DNA from: Myxococcota bacterium
GTDB lineage: Bacteria; Myxococcota_A; UBA9160; UBA4427
Reading direction: 5' to 3'
NCBI GenBank assembly: GCA_965250285.1
Contig: OZ252299.1
Location: forward strand, 3,136,001 to 3,200,000
DNA length: 64,000 nt
The position numbers and the translations under genes were made by a program. Position 1 is the first letter of the stretch; each line of letters starts with the position of its first letter. The notes under the pieces were generated by a model. The model searched no databases, was not told the origin of the DNA, and saw only the letters and a list, made by a program, of their open reading frames with translations. Of this stretch, positions 29,611 to 39,703 are shown one piece after another.

Positions 29611-30873
29611 CTACGACGCGATGCGGTAGCGCATCGGCAGCTTCTTCAGGCCCACCACGAAGCTCGAGTGGATCCACTCGGGATCGCCTGCGAACTCGGC
29701 CGACTCGATGCGGCGCGAGAGCTCGAGCCAGAGCGCGCGCTGCGAGCGGCGGGCGAGGTTCGCACCGAGGCAGAAGTGCTCGCCGATCCCGAAGCCGAGA
29801 TGCCGATTCGGCTGGCGGTCGATCCGCAGCGAGAACGGGTCTTCGAAGACGTCCTCGTCGCGATTGGCCGACGAGTAGAGCATCACCAGGCGTTCGCCCT
29901 CGCTGATCGTCTGACCGCGCAGCTCGGTGTCGGCCGTTGCGGTGCGGACCATGTAGTTGACCGGCGTCGTCCAGCGGACCAGCTCTTCGACGGCCGCCTC
30001 GACGAGCGAGGGATCGCGGCGCAGAGCGTCGTACTGGTCGGGGGCGTCGAGGAAGGCGCGCATCCCACCCACGAGCGCGTTCTTCGTCGTGTCGTGCCCG
30101 GCGGTGAAGGTGATGAGGAAGTAGCCGAAGGTCTCCATCGGCCCCATGAGCTCGCCGTCGACGCGCCCGTTGGCCAGCACCGAAGCGAGGTCGTCGCTCG
30201 GGTTCGCCCGGCGATCCTGAATCACCTTGTCGAAGAGCTGGTAGAGCTCGAGGCCGAGCTCCATCGTCGCCTGGGCGCGGTCTTCGCCCTCACGCTGAAG
30301 ATCGGGGTCGTCGCCCGCGAAGAGCTGGTTGGTCAGCTCGAGGATCTTCGGCTCGTCTTCGCGGGGCAGGCCGAGCGCGTGGGCCAGAATGCGAAGTGGA
30401 TGACGCGCGGCGATGTCGTTCGCGAAGTCGCAGACGCCCTCGCCGTCGGGCCCCGCCTTGGCTTCGAGCTCGTCGACGAGCTCACGGGCGCTCTGGTCGA
30501 CCAGGTCGTCGAGGGCGCGCACCGCGCGCGGCGTGAACGAAGCGCTGCTCACCTTGCGCACGGCGCGATGCTCGGGCGGATCCATCTCGATGATGACGCG
30601 CATGGCGCCCAGGCCCTGCTGCTCGTCCTCGCGCATGGTCAGCTGCTCGTCGCTCATCAGCACGATGCCGGGCTCGTTCGAGAAGAGCTCGGGATCCTTC
30701 GAGATGCGGCAGATGTCCTCGTGCTTCGTCACCGCCCAGAAGCTCTGGAAGCCTTCGGGCTCGAAGAACGCGAGCGGGTTCTCTGCGCGCAGCCGGGTCA
30801 TCAGCTCGTGCGGGTGCCCACCCGCCGCGTAGGCATGGGGGTCGATCAGGGCGAGGCCGTCCTTGGCTTGCAT
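29611..30873 (-). CDS. Cytochrome P450
   Basis: MDPPEH, AGHDTT, EELVR, HLGFGIGEHFCLG. Confidence 0.95.
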   Translation of the reverse strand: MQAKDGLALIDPHAYAAGGHPHELMTRLRAENPLAFFEPEGFQSFWAVTKHEDICRISKDPELFSNEPGIVLMSDEQLTMREDEQQGLGAMRVIIEMDPPEHRAVRKVSSASFTPRAVRALDDLVDQSARELVDELEAKAGPDGEGVCDFANDIAARHPLRILAHALGLPREDEPKILELTNQLFAGDDPDLQREGEDRAQATMELGLELYQLFDKVIQDRRANPSDDLASVLANGRVDGELMGPMETFGYFLITFTAGHDTTKNALVGGMRAFLDAPDQYDALRRDPSLVEAAVEELVRWTTPVNYMVRTATADTELRGQTISEGERLVMLYSSANRDEDVFEDPFSLRIDRQPNRHLGFGIGEHFCLGANLARRSQRALWLELSRRIESAEFAGDPEWIHSSFVVGLKKLPMRYRIAS

Positions 30874-30942
30874 GGGGGGATCCTTTCGCTGGACGGCGAC
30901 CGAAGGCGCGGTCGCCGCCTTGCTTCGCATCGAAACGACGAG

Positions 30943-30965
30943 ACCGATAAATTATCAGAATCGGT
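30943..30965. promoter_or_regulatory. AT-rich inverted repeat between divergent P450 and TetR, candidate operator
   Basis: ACCGAT-N11-ATCGGT overlapping GATAA-A-TTATC. Confidence 0.45.
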
Positions 30966-31006
30966 TTCCAGAAACCAGATCCAGGTAATCTGCTAGCCTG
31001 CCCGCC

Positions 31007-31684
31007 ATGTCGAGCGAGCCCGCACAGCCCTCTCCCCGCGGCCGCCCCCCGCGGGTCACCCCGGAGCGCCTGCGCAACGCGCTGCTCGCGATCGAGGGCG
31101 AGGTGCCGACGATGGCCCGGCTCGCCCGCCAGCTCGAGGTGGGCGTCGCCACGCTCTACACGCACGTCCGGGGTCAGGACGAGCTGCGACGCCTCGCGGG
31201 CGACGTCGCATTCGACGCCTGGGGGCTGCCGCCGGTCGAGCCCGGCATGCACTGGTCGACGTGGGCGTACGCGTACGCACTCGACGCGCGCACGATGGCG
31301 GCGCGCTACCCGGCCGTGACCGGCGCGCGGGCGCTGGCAGGGGGCCAGCTTCGCTACGCCGATCGGGTGCTCGGGCGCTTCGTCGAATTCGGCTTCACGC
31401 CCGACGAGGCGCTCGCCGCCTTCAACGCGATCGTGCTGATCGTGCTCGGCGTGGGCGCGCAGCTTGCCGCCATGCGGGGCGAAGAGATCGAAGCCGGCCA
31501 GTCGGGCTGGGATCTGTTTCGCGATGCGCTCGCAGCCCAACCCGACGAACTCGACGTGCTCGGGCGCCTCTCGGCCAACGCCCTGCCCGATCCCGACAGC
31601 GCCTACGGTGATCTCGTCTGGTACACGCTGTGCGGCATCGCGCGGCAACGCGGCGAGACGCTCGCACCCGATCCACCGGCCTGA
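31007..31684 (+). CDS. TetR family regulator
   Basis: RGRPP, TMARLARQLEVGVATLYTHV. Confidence 0.85.
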   Translation: MSSEPAQPSPRGRPPRVTPERLRNALLAIEGEVPTMARLARQLEVGVATLYTHVRGQDELRRLAGDVAFDAWGLPPVEPGMHWSTWAYAYALDARTMAARYPAVTGARALAGGQLRYADRVLGRFVEFGFTPDEALAAFNAIVLIVLGVGAQLAAMRGEEIEAGQSGWDLFRDALAAQPDELDVLGRLSANALPDPDSAYGDLVWYTLCGIARQRGETLAPDPPA

Positions 31685-31711
31685 AGCACTCGCTCGCCGC
31701 TGCCGACCCGC

Positions 31712-32266
31712 TCAGATCGTGAGCGGCGCGACCTCGTCGAGGGTCAGCTTGCGCTCGGCGATGCCTGCGAAGCCATCCGTGCCGGTGTAGGTCTCTTCAC
31801 CGACCAGCTTGCCCTGCGCGTGATCCACGGGCCACACGACGCTCATGCGCGTCTCGTAGAGGTAGTACGCCTCGGGGTCGTCGACCTCGATGCCCATGGC
31901 CTGCAGCGTCGCGCCGGGATACGCCATGCGCATCACGCCCTCGGTCATCACCGCGTCGCGGTCGGCGATCACGCGGTCGCAGTCGAGCTCGAGCCGATGG
32001 GCGCCGGTCTGCACGATGGTCAGGTCGTAGAAGGCCCGGATCGCGTCCTTGCTGCCCTTCGGGTTCATCGGCTCGAGGTCGGGGACGTCGTGAGCGAGAT
32101 AGCGTGGCGACTCACTCAGGGTCTCGACGACGCCTTCGATGTCGGCTCGGGCCTCGGCCTGCATGTGATCGAGCACGAGCTGCAGGTTGCGCCGCACGAC
32201 CTCGTCGGTCTCGCTCTTGAGCCGCTCTTCGACGAGGCGCCAGGTCTTGTTCGGGTCGAGCTTCAC
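31712..32266 (-). CDS. SnoaL/NTF2-like protein
   Basis: HMQAEARADIE, IRAFY, VMTEG, LVGEETY. Confidence 0.65.
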   Translation of the reverse strand: MKLDPNKTWRLVEERLKSETDEVVRRNLQLVLDHMQAEARADIEGVVETLSESPRYLAHDVPDLEPMNPKGSKDAIRAFYDLTIVQTGAHRLELDCDRVIADRDAVMTEGVMRMAYPGATLQAMGIEVDDPEAYYLYETRMSVVWPVDHAQGKLVGEETYTGTDGFAGIAERKLTLDEVAPLTI

Positions 32267-32301
32267 GGGGCTCTCCTTCGCTGCGGGTGGCAATAGACCG
32301 G

Positions 32302-32676
32302 CTATGCCGACGCCACATCGACTCGGTCGGGATAGAACGCGACGTAGTCGCGAATCGCGGCGACCTCATCGAACGGGTCTTCGTAGCTCCAGGCCACGTT
32401 CTCGGCCGGCGTGTCGCCGCAGGTGAACGTCCAGTACGAGGCTTCGCCCTTGAAGGGGCAGAAGCTCTCGTGCTGCGTGCGCTCGGCGAGGTCGAGCCGC
32501 ACGTCGGCGCGAGGGAAGTAGATGACCGGCGTGTGGTTCGATTCGCGCACGACCAGGGCGGCGTCGCTCTCGGCGATGACGACGTCGCCGAGCGTGGCGC
32601 GCATGCGCTCGGAGCTCGTCTCGGTGTCGACGCGGTAGTCGGGGTGCTTGGCGTAGAGCGATTCGCGCTTCGGCAT
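32302..32676 (-). CDS. DUF427 domain protein
   Basis: YFPRADV, SFCPFKGEASYW, AWSYEDP, YVAFY. Confidence 0.92.
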   Translation of the reverse strand: MPKRESLYAKHPDYRVDTETSSERMRATLGDVVIAESDAALVVRESNHTPVIYFPRADVRLDLAERTQHESFCPFKGEASYWTFTCGDTPAENVAWSYEDPFDEVAAIRDYVAFYPDRVDVASA

Positions 32677-32801
32677 GGTCGAGTCTCCCAGATCGAGTCG
32701 GACGAGATGCAGCATCGCACGTCGCCGCGGCGAGAGCGATTCGGTCCGTGGTGCGACCCGGCCTCCACGCCGGCGGGCACGGGTAGCCCGGGCCGTGCGC
32801 G

Positions 32802-33392
32802 TCAGCGCTGCAGCTTGTCTTCGATCGCCGGCACCAGCCAGCGGGACAGAAAGGCCCTGAGCTCGGGTTCGCTGCGTTGCGGTCCGGCATCGGCCAGCAG
32901 GCTGCGCAGCAGCCGAACGAGGATCTCGGCGAGCTCGTCCCGCTCGGCCGCAGTCAGCCCGGGTGCGTCGTCGGCCAGCGCGTGCAGCTCCTCCTGCACG
33001 AAGCCGAGCTTCAGCGCCGACGACACGGTGAACGAGTCGCCGGTCTTCACGAGCTCGCTCAGATGCGCGTCGCGTGGAATCTCGGTGGCCGCGACGACGA
33101 GCGCTTCGACGGCGCGAGCCGCGAGCCCCGATTGGCGGCGGACGCGGGCGCGCAGATGCTCGAGAAAGCCACCGCTCGCCAGGACGGCCGCGGCGCCAAA
33201 GAGATCGTCCGCGTCGACGAAGTAGCGGTACACCGTCTGTCGGGTCACCCCCGCCGCCTCGGCGACGTCGGAGAGGCTGACCTTCGAAGGGCCGAACCGG
33301 TCGATGCAGGCCTGGGCCACGTCGAGCAGATGCCGACGTGCCTCGGCCTCGCCGCCGGGCGGCTGGCCGTTCCAGGCCCTGCGTCGCGCCAT
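32802..33392 (-). CDS. TetR/AcrR family regulator
   Basis: LSDVAEAAGVTRQTVYRYF. Confidence 0.9.
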   Translation of the reverse strand: MARRRAWNGQPPGGEAEARRHLLDVAQACIDRFGPSKVSLSDVAEAAGVTRQTVYRYFVDADDLFGAAAVLASGGFLEHLRARVRRQSGLAARAVEALVVAATEIPRDAHLSELVKTGDSFTVSSALKLGFVQEELHALADDAPGLTAAERDELAEILVRLLRSLLADAGPQRSEPELRAFLSRWLVPAIEDKLQR

Positions 33393-33422
33393 CGATCTCT
33401 CCTCCCTCTCGGCTCTCTCAGC

Positions 33423-33460
<38 letters not shown>

Positions 33461-33515
33461 CAGCCGGCCGGGCGCGCGCCCTCCGGGGCAAGCGCGCCGA
33501 TCGAGCCAAGCATAC

Positions 33516-33544
33516 ATCATACATCGACCGTCAACGTGTATGAT
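33516..33544. promoter_or_regulatory. Inverted repeat, candidate TetR operator
   Basis: ATCATACA-N13-TGTATGAT between divergent genes. Confidence 0.6.
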
Positions 33545-33587
33545 CGGGGCCCTTCATCCGAGTGCCGAACGGAGACGCCCACCCGCC

Positions 33588-34616
33588 ATGGAAGAGCCCC
33601 TCTCGTATGCGATGCGCAATCGCGAAGCCGTCGAGCAGTGGATCAGCTTCAACGCGCCGAGCGAGCTACTCGACTGGAGCTTCCTCGCGATCGAGTTCGT
33701 GCTGTTCGTCGGCGTGGTCTGCGCGGTGGCGCACGCGCGCCGACAGGCGCGAGCGACCGGCCGCCTGTCGGCCATCTACACCCTCATCGGCGCGCTCGTG
33801 TTCGGGCTGCTGAACGACATCGTCTCGTACTACACGGTCGAGAGCTTCTGGCACGGCGAGTTCTCGGTGATGCTCGTCTTCAATCGGCTGCCGCTCTACA
33901 TCTCGGTGCTGCTCGCGACGCTGCTCTATCACACGTGCATGACGATCCGGCGCTTCGACTTCTCGCGCCCGGTCGAAGCGCTGAGCGTCGGCTTCTACAC
34001 GGGCGTGATGTACATGATCTTCGACAACCTCGGCCCGATGTTGAACTGGTGGATCTGGGACCGCGCCGATCCGACCAACCTGCCCTTCCTGAACGCCGTG
34101 CCGATCACGAGCTATTTCTGGCTCTTCGCATGGACCGCGATCTTCGCGTACATCCAACGCATCGTGTGCTGGGACTGGGTCGACGAGGGGCGGGCGCCGA
34201 AGCAGATCTGGGCGGGCGTCATGCTCTTTCCGCTCGTGACGTGCATCGTCGGGATCATCGTCTTCATCCCGTTGAACATTCTGGCGATGAACGATCTGCA
34301 CGGCTGGATCGGGGCGCTCTATGCGCTGACCTTCGGCGCGGCCGGCCTGGCCTTCGTGCTGCACTTCAGGCGCCCCGCCGTGCCACGCGACCCGCTGCTC
34401 ATGGTCTTCCCACTCGTGTGGGCCGCCGGGCACGTCTACGTGTACGCCGCGAAGTTCGACATCTACTACGCGGTCACCCCCGACGGCCTCTCGGCCGAGG
34501 GCCTCGCCGTCGGCAACCTCTTCGTCGCGACCCTGGCCATCGTCGCCTTCACGGCCATGACGTTGGTCTCGCATCCAGTCGCCGACGCCACCCACCGCCC
34601 GGAGACCGCCCGATGA
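33588..34616 (+). CDS. Multi-pass membrane protein, possibly a CruF-like lipid-modifying enzyme
   Basis: About 9 TMs; FWHGEF, RLPLYI, FDNLGPMLNWWIW. Confidence 0.6.
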   Translation: MEEPLSYAMRNREAVEQWISFNAPSELLDWSFLAIEFVLFVGVVCAVAHARRQARATGRLSAIYTLIGALVFGLLNDIVSYYTVESFWHGEFSVMLVFNRLPLYISVLLATLLYHTCMTIRRFDFSRPVEALSVGFYTGVMYMIFDNLGPMLNWWIWDRADPTNLPFLNAVPITSYFWLFAWTAIFAYIQRIVCWDWVDEGRAPKQIWAGVMLFPLVTCIVGIIVFIPLNILAMNDLHGWIGALYALTFGAAGLAFVLHFRRPAVPRDPLLMVFPLVWAAGHVYVYAAKFDIYYAVTPDGLSAEGLAVGNLFVATLAIVAFTAMTLVSHPVADATHRPETAR

Positions 34617-35452
34617 GCACGCCGCCCGAGATCGCTGCGCCGAAGCGAGCGGAGATCAAGTCGAAGAAGATCCAGATCGATCTCGAGGGCCTCGAGCCCG
34701 CCTGGTGCGACGACGACTTCTACCGGATCTTCTACAACATCCTGAACGCCGCGATCCCGGCCTTCGAACGCTACGTCATTCGTGCCCTGGGCGAGGTCAA
34801 GAAGGACCCGCGCCTCGAAGACGAACCGAGGCTCCGCCAGCTGATCGACGTGTTCATCCGCCAAGAGGCGGAGCACACTCGGCAGCACGTTCGAACCAAT
34901 CGCCTGATCGGCATGGATCGAATCAAGACGATCCAGGTCACCGAGAAGATCACGAGATTCATCCAGCGCCTGACCCCCACGTACGTCTCGGTCGCCGCCG
35001 CCGGCTTCATCGAGTTCGTGGGCTTCGGCTTCTTCAAGAGCCACATCGACCGCGACGTCCTCGACACCAGCGGCATGCAGCATGAGATGGCGAAGCTCTG
35101 GAAGTGGCACATCGCCGAAGAGCTCGAGCACTCGTTCATCAAGCTCAAGGTGATCAACCACCTCGACGACGCGTACTGGATCAAGGCGGCGGGCTTCGTC
35201 GAGGGCAACTTGATGTCGCAGCTCTTCGTGACGGTGCTCATCCCCGAGATCGTCTGGCGCGATGCCAAGACCCACGGCAAGCCGTTCTGGCCCCACCTCA
35301 AGATGTTCCTGTCGGGGCTCCGTGACACCGAGTGGGGCGTCGACAACGAGTCGTTGAGTCAGTACTTCCGAAAGGGCTTCGACCCCGAGATCAAGGATGC
35401 GTGGGTGGCCGAGCGCATCGACCAGTGGGTCGATGAGACCCGCGCGGCCTGA
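34613..35452 (+). CDS. Predicted metal-dependent hydrolase (ferritin-like fold)
   Basis: PAFERY, FIRQEAEHTRQH, LWKWHIAEELEH; ATGA coupling. Confidence 0.82.
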   Translation: MSTPPEIAAPKRAEIKSKKIQIDLEGLEPAWCDDDFYRIFYNILNAAIPAFERYVIRALGEVKKDPRLEDEPRLRQLIDVFIRQEAEHTRQHVRTNRLIGMDRIKTIQVTEKITRFIQRLTPTYVSVAAAGFIEFVGFGFFKSHIDRDVLDTSGMQHEMAKLWKWHIAEELEHSFIKLKVINHLDDAYWIKAAGFVEGNLMSQLFVTVLIPEIVWRDAKTHGKPFWPHLKMFLSGLRDTEWGVDNESLSQYFRKGFDPEIKDAWVAERIDQWVDETRAA

Positions 35453-35468
35453 GCCCGGGCGCAGCCCC

Positions 35469-35834
35469 TCAGCGCAGGCGCACCGTCGGGGCGGGGTCGA
35501 GGTACTCCTCGATCTTCGAGATCAGACCGCCTTGCACCGTGACGACGACGCAGGCGTGCATCTTCAACTCTTCGCCCGAGAGGCTCGTGAGGTGCAGCAC
35601 GTGCTGCTGCAGGTAGCCCCCCTCGATCTCTTCGAGTCGCGTGATCTCGTAGTGGCGGCGGGTCGCCTTGCCCTTCATCCACTCGAGCAGCGCCATGTTC
35701 TGATCGACCGTCTGGGTCTGGTCGTCGAAGTTGTGCCAGATGCCTGCATCGGGCGTCAGGCAGGCGCGCGCGCCATCGACATCGCCGGCCTCGAGGACGT
35801 CCATGAAGCGACGTGCGAGCTCGAGCGTCTTCAT
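35469..35834 (-). CDS. SnoaL/NTF2-like (ketosteroid isomerase-like) protein
   Basis: IWHNFD, LQQHVL, KIEEYLD. Confidence 0.82.
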   Translation of the reverse strand: MKTLELARRFMDVLEAGDVDGARACLTPDAGIWHNFDDQTQTVDQNMALLEWMKGKATRRHYEITRLEEIEGGYLQQHVLHLTSLSGEELKMHACVVVTVQGGLISKIEEYLDPAPTVRLR

Positions 35835-35878
35835 CGTTCTCGTTCTCCCTCCCGCACCGCCCGGGACGCGACCGAATC

Positions 35879-36307
35879 TCAGTCGACGAGCGCTTCGACC
35901 CACTCGGGCAGCGCCTCGCCGGCCTCGGAGCGAGCGACGAGCCCCGCGTCGAGATAGTCGCGCCAGCCCCGAATGAGACCGTCTTCGAACTCGAAGATCC
36001 CCATGTACGGCGTCCGCAGACGTCGCCCGTCGGCGTTCACATAGTCGTCGACGCCCTCGACGAGCAGGCTGTCGCCGCTCTGGGCGTGATGCACGATGCG
36101 CCAGCGGATCTCGCGCTGTCCCTGGCCGAACTTGTCGAGGAAGCGACGCACCCGGTCACGGCCGACGAGGGGCCGCGTGCCGACGTGGAAGTGGTAGACC
36201 ACGTCTTCGTGCAGCCGGGCGAGCACGGCCTCGACGTCGCCTCGCTTCCAGTCAGCGATCAGCCCTTCGATCACGTCGATGTGGCGGTGGAATGCCGATC
36301 CGGCCAC
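35879..36307 (-). CDS. Limonene-1,2-epoxide hydrolase family protein
   Basis: LVEGVDDY, PYMGIFEFEDGLIRGWRDY. Confidence 0.8.
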   Translation of the reverse strand: MAGSAFHRHIDVIEGLIADWKRGDVEAVLARLHEDVVYHFHVGTRPLVGRDRVRRFLDKFGQGQREIRWRIVHHAQSGDSLLVEGVDDYVNADGRRLRTPYMGIFEFEDGLIRGWRDYLDAGLVARSEAGEALPEWVEALVD

Positions 36308-36459
36308 GCCTGCGTCTCCGTGGTGGTGGGGGGCTGCGCGTCGCCGCGTTGGCGATGCCAGCGCCGCTCCCTATCGTCATGAGACCAGCTCGCGCCTCAC
36401 CCCGCAAGGGCGTGTCCCGGGCGACGATCGACGCCGAAGACGAGAGGCAGGAGAGGCCG

Positions 36460-37218
36460 ATGAAAATCGAGGGCTGCAGGGCACTCGTGAGTGGGGGCAA
36501 TCGCGGCATCGGCGAGGCATTCGTGCGTGCGCTGCTCGACGCGGGCGCCGCGCGCGTCTACGTCGGCTCGCGCGCGGTCGGCGGCGCGGCTCACATCATC
36601 GACGCTGCGCCGGATCGCGCCGTCGAGATCGAGCTCGACGTCACCGACGATGCGCAGGTCGGCGCCGCCGCGAAGCGGTGCGACGACGTGAACCTCGTCG
36701 TGAACAACGCTGGCCTCTTCGCCGATCGCCGACTGATCGGGGCCGACGACATCCAAGGTGCCCGCGCCGAGATGGAGGTCAACTACTTCGGCACGTTGCG
36801 CATGTGCCGGGCGTTCGCGCCGGTCCTCGCAGAGCACGACGAGAGCGCGATCGTGAACGTGCTCTCGTCCGCGGCCATCGTGAGCGTCCCCGTCATGGGC
36901 GGCTACAGCCCGTCGAAGTTCGCCGCGCGCGCACTCAGTACGAGCGTGCGCGCCGAGCTCGCGAAGCAGCGAACCCAGGTGATCGCGCTGATCGTCGGCT
37001 CGGTCGATACGCGCATGGCGGCGCAGGTCGAGGGCGCGAAGGAGCCGCCCGAGACGATCGCGCTCGCCGGCCTACGCGCGGTGCGCGAGGGCATCCCCGA
37101 GCTCGACACCGACCCCTTCGCCGAGGCGGTGCGCGCGGGGTTCGAACGCGCGCCCGAGAAGCTCGAACGCAACCTCGCCGCGATGCTCGACCAGGAAGGC
37201 ATGTCGACGGGGCGCTAG
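36460..37218 (+). CDS. SDR oxidoreductase
   Basis: SGGNRGIG, VNNAG, YSPSK. Confidence 0.92.
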   Translation: MKIEGCRALVSGGNRGIGEAFVRALLDAGAARVYVGSRAVGGAAHIIDAAPDRAVEIELDVTDDAQVGAAAKRCDDVNLVVNNAGLFADRRLIGADDIQGARAEMEVNYFGTLRMCRAFAPVLAEHDESAIVNVLSSAAIVSVPVMGGYSPSKFAARALSTSVRAELAKQRTQVIALIVGSVDTRMAAQVEGAKEPPETIALAGLRAVREGIPELDTDPFAEAVRAGFERAPEKLERNLAAMLDQEGMSTGR

Positions 37219-37228
37219 CCGCGTCGCC

Positions 37229-38500
37229 TCAGCCCGAAGACGCGCCCAGAGAGCTCAGCACGTTGGCCCGCGCACCGAGCGTGTGCGAGATGCCCGAGAG
37301 CAGGGAGAAGACCCGGCCGACGAGCACGAAGTCGCTCGGGACCGTGACGATCGGGTTCTCTCGAATCTCGTCGAAGAGCCCGCCCGTCATCTCCTCGGTC
37401 AGCTCTCCGTCGAACTGATTCGCTTCGCTGCGGCGCATCATGCGGCGCGCCAACGTGGCGAAGCTGTCGGTCTCGCCCGACTTCGTCTCGAAGCCGAGCT
37501 CGGTGAACGCCCGCACCATCGCCGATTCGTTGAGCGTCATCAGCGAGAAGAGCAGCTCGAACATGCCGAGGCCGAAGCCCTCGGGCAGCTCTTTCGAGAG
37601 CCCGAAGTCGATGAGCACGATGTCGCGGTTCGGCCGCACGAAGAGATTGCCCGGGTGCGGATCGGCGTGGAAGAACCCCGCCGCAAAGACCATCTGGACG
37701 AAGATCGCCATCAGGTCGGCCATCACTTCGGTGGGCTCGAGGCCTGCGCTCTTCATCGCGTCGACGTCGGTCACCTTGATGCCGTCGACGAACTCCATGA
37801 CCAGCACGCGCTCGGTCGAGATCTCGCGGTGGATCTCGGGGACGACCACACCGCCCTCGCGCCGAAAGATCTCGCGCACCCGGTCGGCGCAGTCGGCTTC
37901 GCGCCGAAAGTCGAGCTCGAGCGCGAGGTGCTTGGTGACCTCTTCGAGCAGCGGCAACAGCTCGATCGGCTGCGGGTCGAAGTACTCGTAGACCCGACAG
38001 GCGCGGCGCACGTTCGCGAGGTCGGTGTAGACGACCTTCTCGATGTCGGGATACTGCACCTTGACCGCGACGCGCTGGCCGTCGTGCAGTCGCGCTTCGT
38101 GCACCTGCGCAAGCGACGCCGACGCAATCGGGATGGGGGCGAACTCGGCGAACACGGCGTCGAGCGGCTGACCGAGCTCGCGTTCGACCGCGCTGCGGAT
38201 GACATCGAACGACACCGTCGGCACCGCGTCGTGACACTGCTTGAGGATCTCGATGTACGGCGGAGGAAAGATGTCCGACCGCGTCGCGATCACCTGACTC
38301 ACCTTGATGATCACGCCGCGCAGCGAGAGCGTGCACGCGAGGATCTCGCGCGCCGCGCGTTCGTGCGTCTTCGTCAGGTCGTCGGGCGGACCGAGCCGCA
38401 GCAGCCTGCGTCCCCACTCGGGCACCTTGTAGGTGAGATAGATGTAGAGACCGCTGTACGCGATGCGCAGGCTGCGCAGGAACCGGATCAGCGCGTTCAC
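37229..38500 (-). CDS. ABC1/AarF/UbiB atypical kinase
   Basis: IKVSQ, ASASLAQVH, VAVKVQYP, ELDFRRE, HADPHPGN, IDFG. Confidence 0.93.
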   Translation of the reverse strand: MNALIRFLRSLRIAYSGLYIYLTYKVPEWGRRLLRLGPPDDLTKTHERAAREILACTLSLRGVIIKVSQVIATRSDIFPPPYIEILKQCHDAVPTVSFDVIRSAVERELGQPLDAVFAEFAPIPIASASLAQVHEARLHDGQRVAVKVQYPDIEKVVYTDLANVRRACRVYEYFDPQPIELLPLLEEVTKHLALELDFRREADCADRVREIFRREGGVVVPEIHREISTERVLVMEFVDGIKVTDVDAMKSAGLEPTEVMADLMAIFVQMVFAAGFFHADPHPGNLFVRPNRDIVLIDFGLSKELPEGFGLGMFELLFSLMTLNESAMVRAFTELGFETKSGETDSFATLARRMMRRSEANQFDGELTEEMTGGLFDEIRENPIVTVPSDFVLVGRVFSLLSGISHTLGARANVLSSLGASSG

Positions 38501-39594
38501 CGGGCTGCTTCCGCCTCCAGATCGAGCTCGAAGCCCGTGCGCTCCGGCGGCTGCCAGGGGCGCGCGAGGCCCTCGAATTCCTGTCGGATCGAGTCGGCCG
38601 AGGCGTGGCCGATGAGCGCGTCATCGAGCGCATCACGGGTCTCACCCTGCTGCTCCTCGGGCCGGCTGCGTGTCATCTGGTCGAGGATGCCGTGCAGGTA
38701 GCCGTGCACGAGCCAGCGACCCGGCAGGGTCTCACCCTCGGTCGTTCGCACGGTGCGCGCCGCGAGCTCGCTGAGCGCGGTGCGCAGATACTCGACGTGC
38801 GGCGCCTCGTCGGTCTGGATGTAACCGACCATGGCCGCCGCCTCCTTCGGCGCGGCCGAGACCTGCTCGTTGCCGAGCACCGTCTTGCCCCACTCGAAGA
38901 TCCGCTTCGCGAATACCTCGATCACGTAGACCTGCGCCATGGTCGCCACCATGCGCTCGAGCTTTTCGTCGACCATCGGAAACCGGCGCTCGCGCGCGCC
39001 GCCCCGCCCGCGTCGCCCCATGATGCGCATCAGCACGTCGCCCGGGATCTTCGGGTTGTCGAAGGCGAGATCGCGGGCCGCCTCCCACATCTGCTTGTGG
39101 CCGCCCTCGTTCTTGTGACCAGCCTCGTCGCGCGCATGCGCCTCGAAGAGCCCCTGATCGAGGTGCGCCAACGCCGTGCCGTCGACCGATTCGACGATGT
39201 TCTCGCCGAGATCGGGCACGCGCACGTCGCGGATGATCGCGCCGAAACCCTCGACGATCGAGATCACCGTCACGGTGCGCACGATGGGCTCGACGACGCC
39301 CTCACGCAGGAGCAGGATCGCCTGGTCTTCGTTCGGATACTGCGGCGGAAGCAGCGCCTCGTCGATCTCGACCAGCGCGTGACCGTCGGCCGCGAGCCGC
39401 GCCTGCCACGCGTCGATCGCCGGCTGGCGGTGGAGTGTGCGCGGTGAGAAGTACTGCCCCGCCTCATCGAAACCGCCGTGGCAGCGCACGCCGTTGGCGA
39501 AGAGCGGCTCGAGTCGGTCGCCGCTCGCAAGCAGCTCCTGGGGTGTGAAAACGCGGTTCGACGGATCGACCGTCGCGGACAGGCTCTCGGACAT
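38497..39594 (-). CDS. Ferritin-like diiron protein of unknown function
   Basis: IVEG...RDEAGH...IEV...DEAPH, two E...ExxH sets. Confidence 0.6.
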   Translation of the reverse strand: MSESLSATVDPSNRVFTPQELLASGDRLEPLFANGVRCHGGFDEAGQYFSPRTLHRQPAIDAWQARLAADGHALVEIDEALLPPQYPNEDQAILLLREGVVEPIVRTVTVISIVEGFGAIIRDVRVPDLGENIVESVDGTALAHLDQGLFEAHARDEAGHKNEGGHKQMWEAARDLAFDNPKIPGDVLMRIMGRRGRGGARERRFPMVDEKLERMVATMAQVYVIEVFAKRIFEWGKTVLGNEQVSAAPKEAAAMVGYIQTDEAPHVEYLRTALSELAARTVRTTEGETLPGRWLVHGYLHGILDQMTRSRPEEQQGETRDALDDALIGHASADSIRQEFEGLARPWQPPERTGFELDLEAEAAR

Positions 39595-39703
39595 GCGGGT
39601 TCTCCCACCGCACGAGGCGCGCGACCGCGCGGTCGCCCGAGTCTAGCGGGGCTGGCCCGGTGCCCGCGAATCCCCGGGTGCCATCGTGGGCTAGGGTCGT
39701 CGC

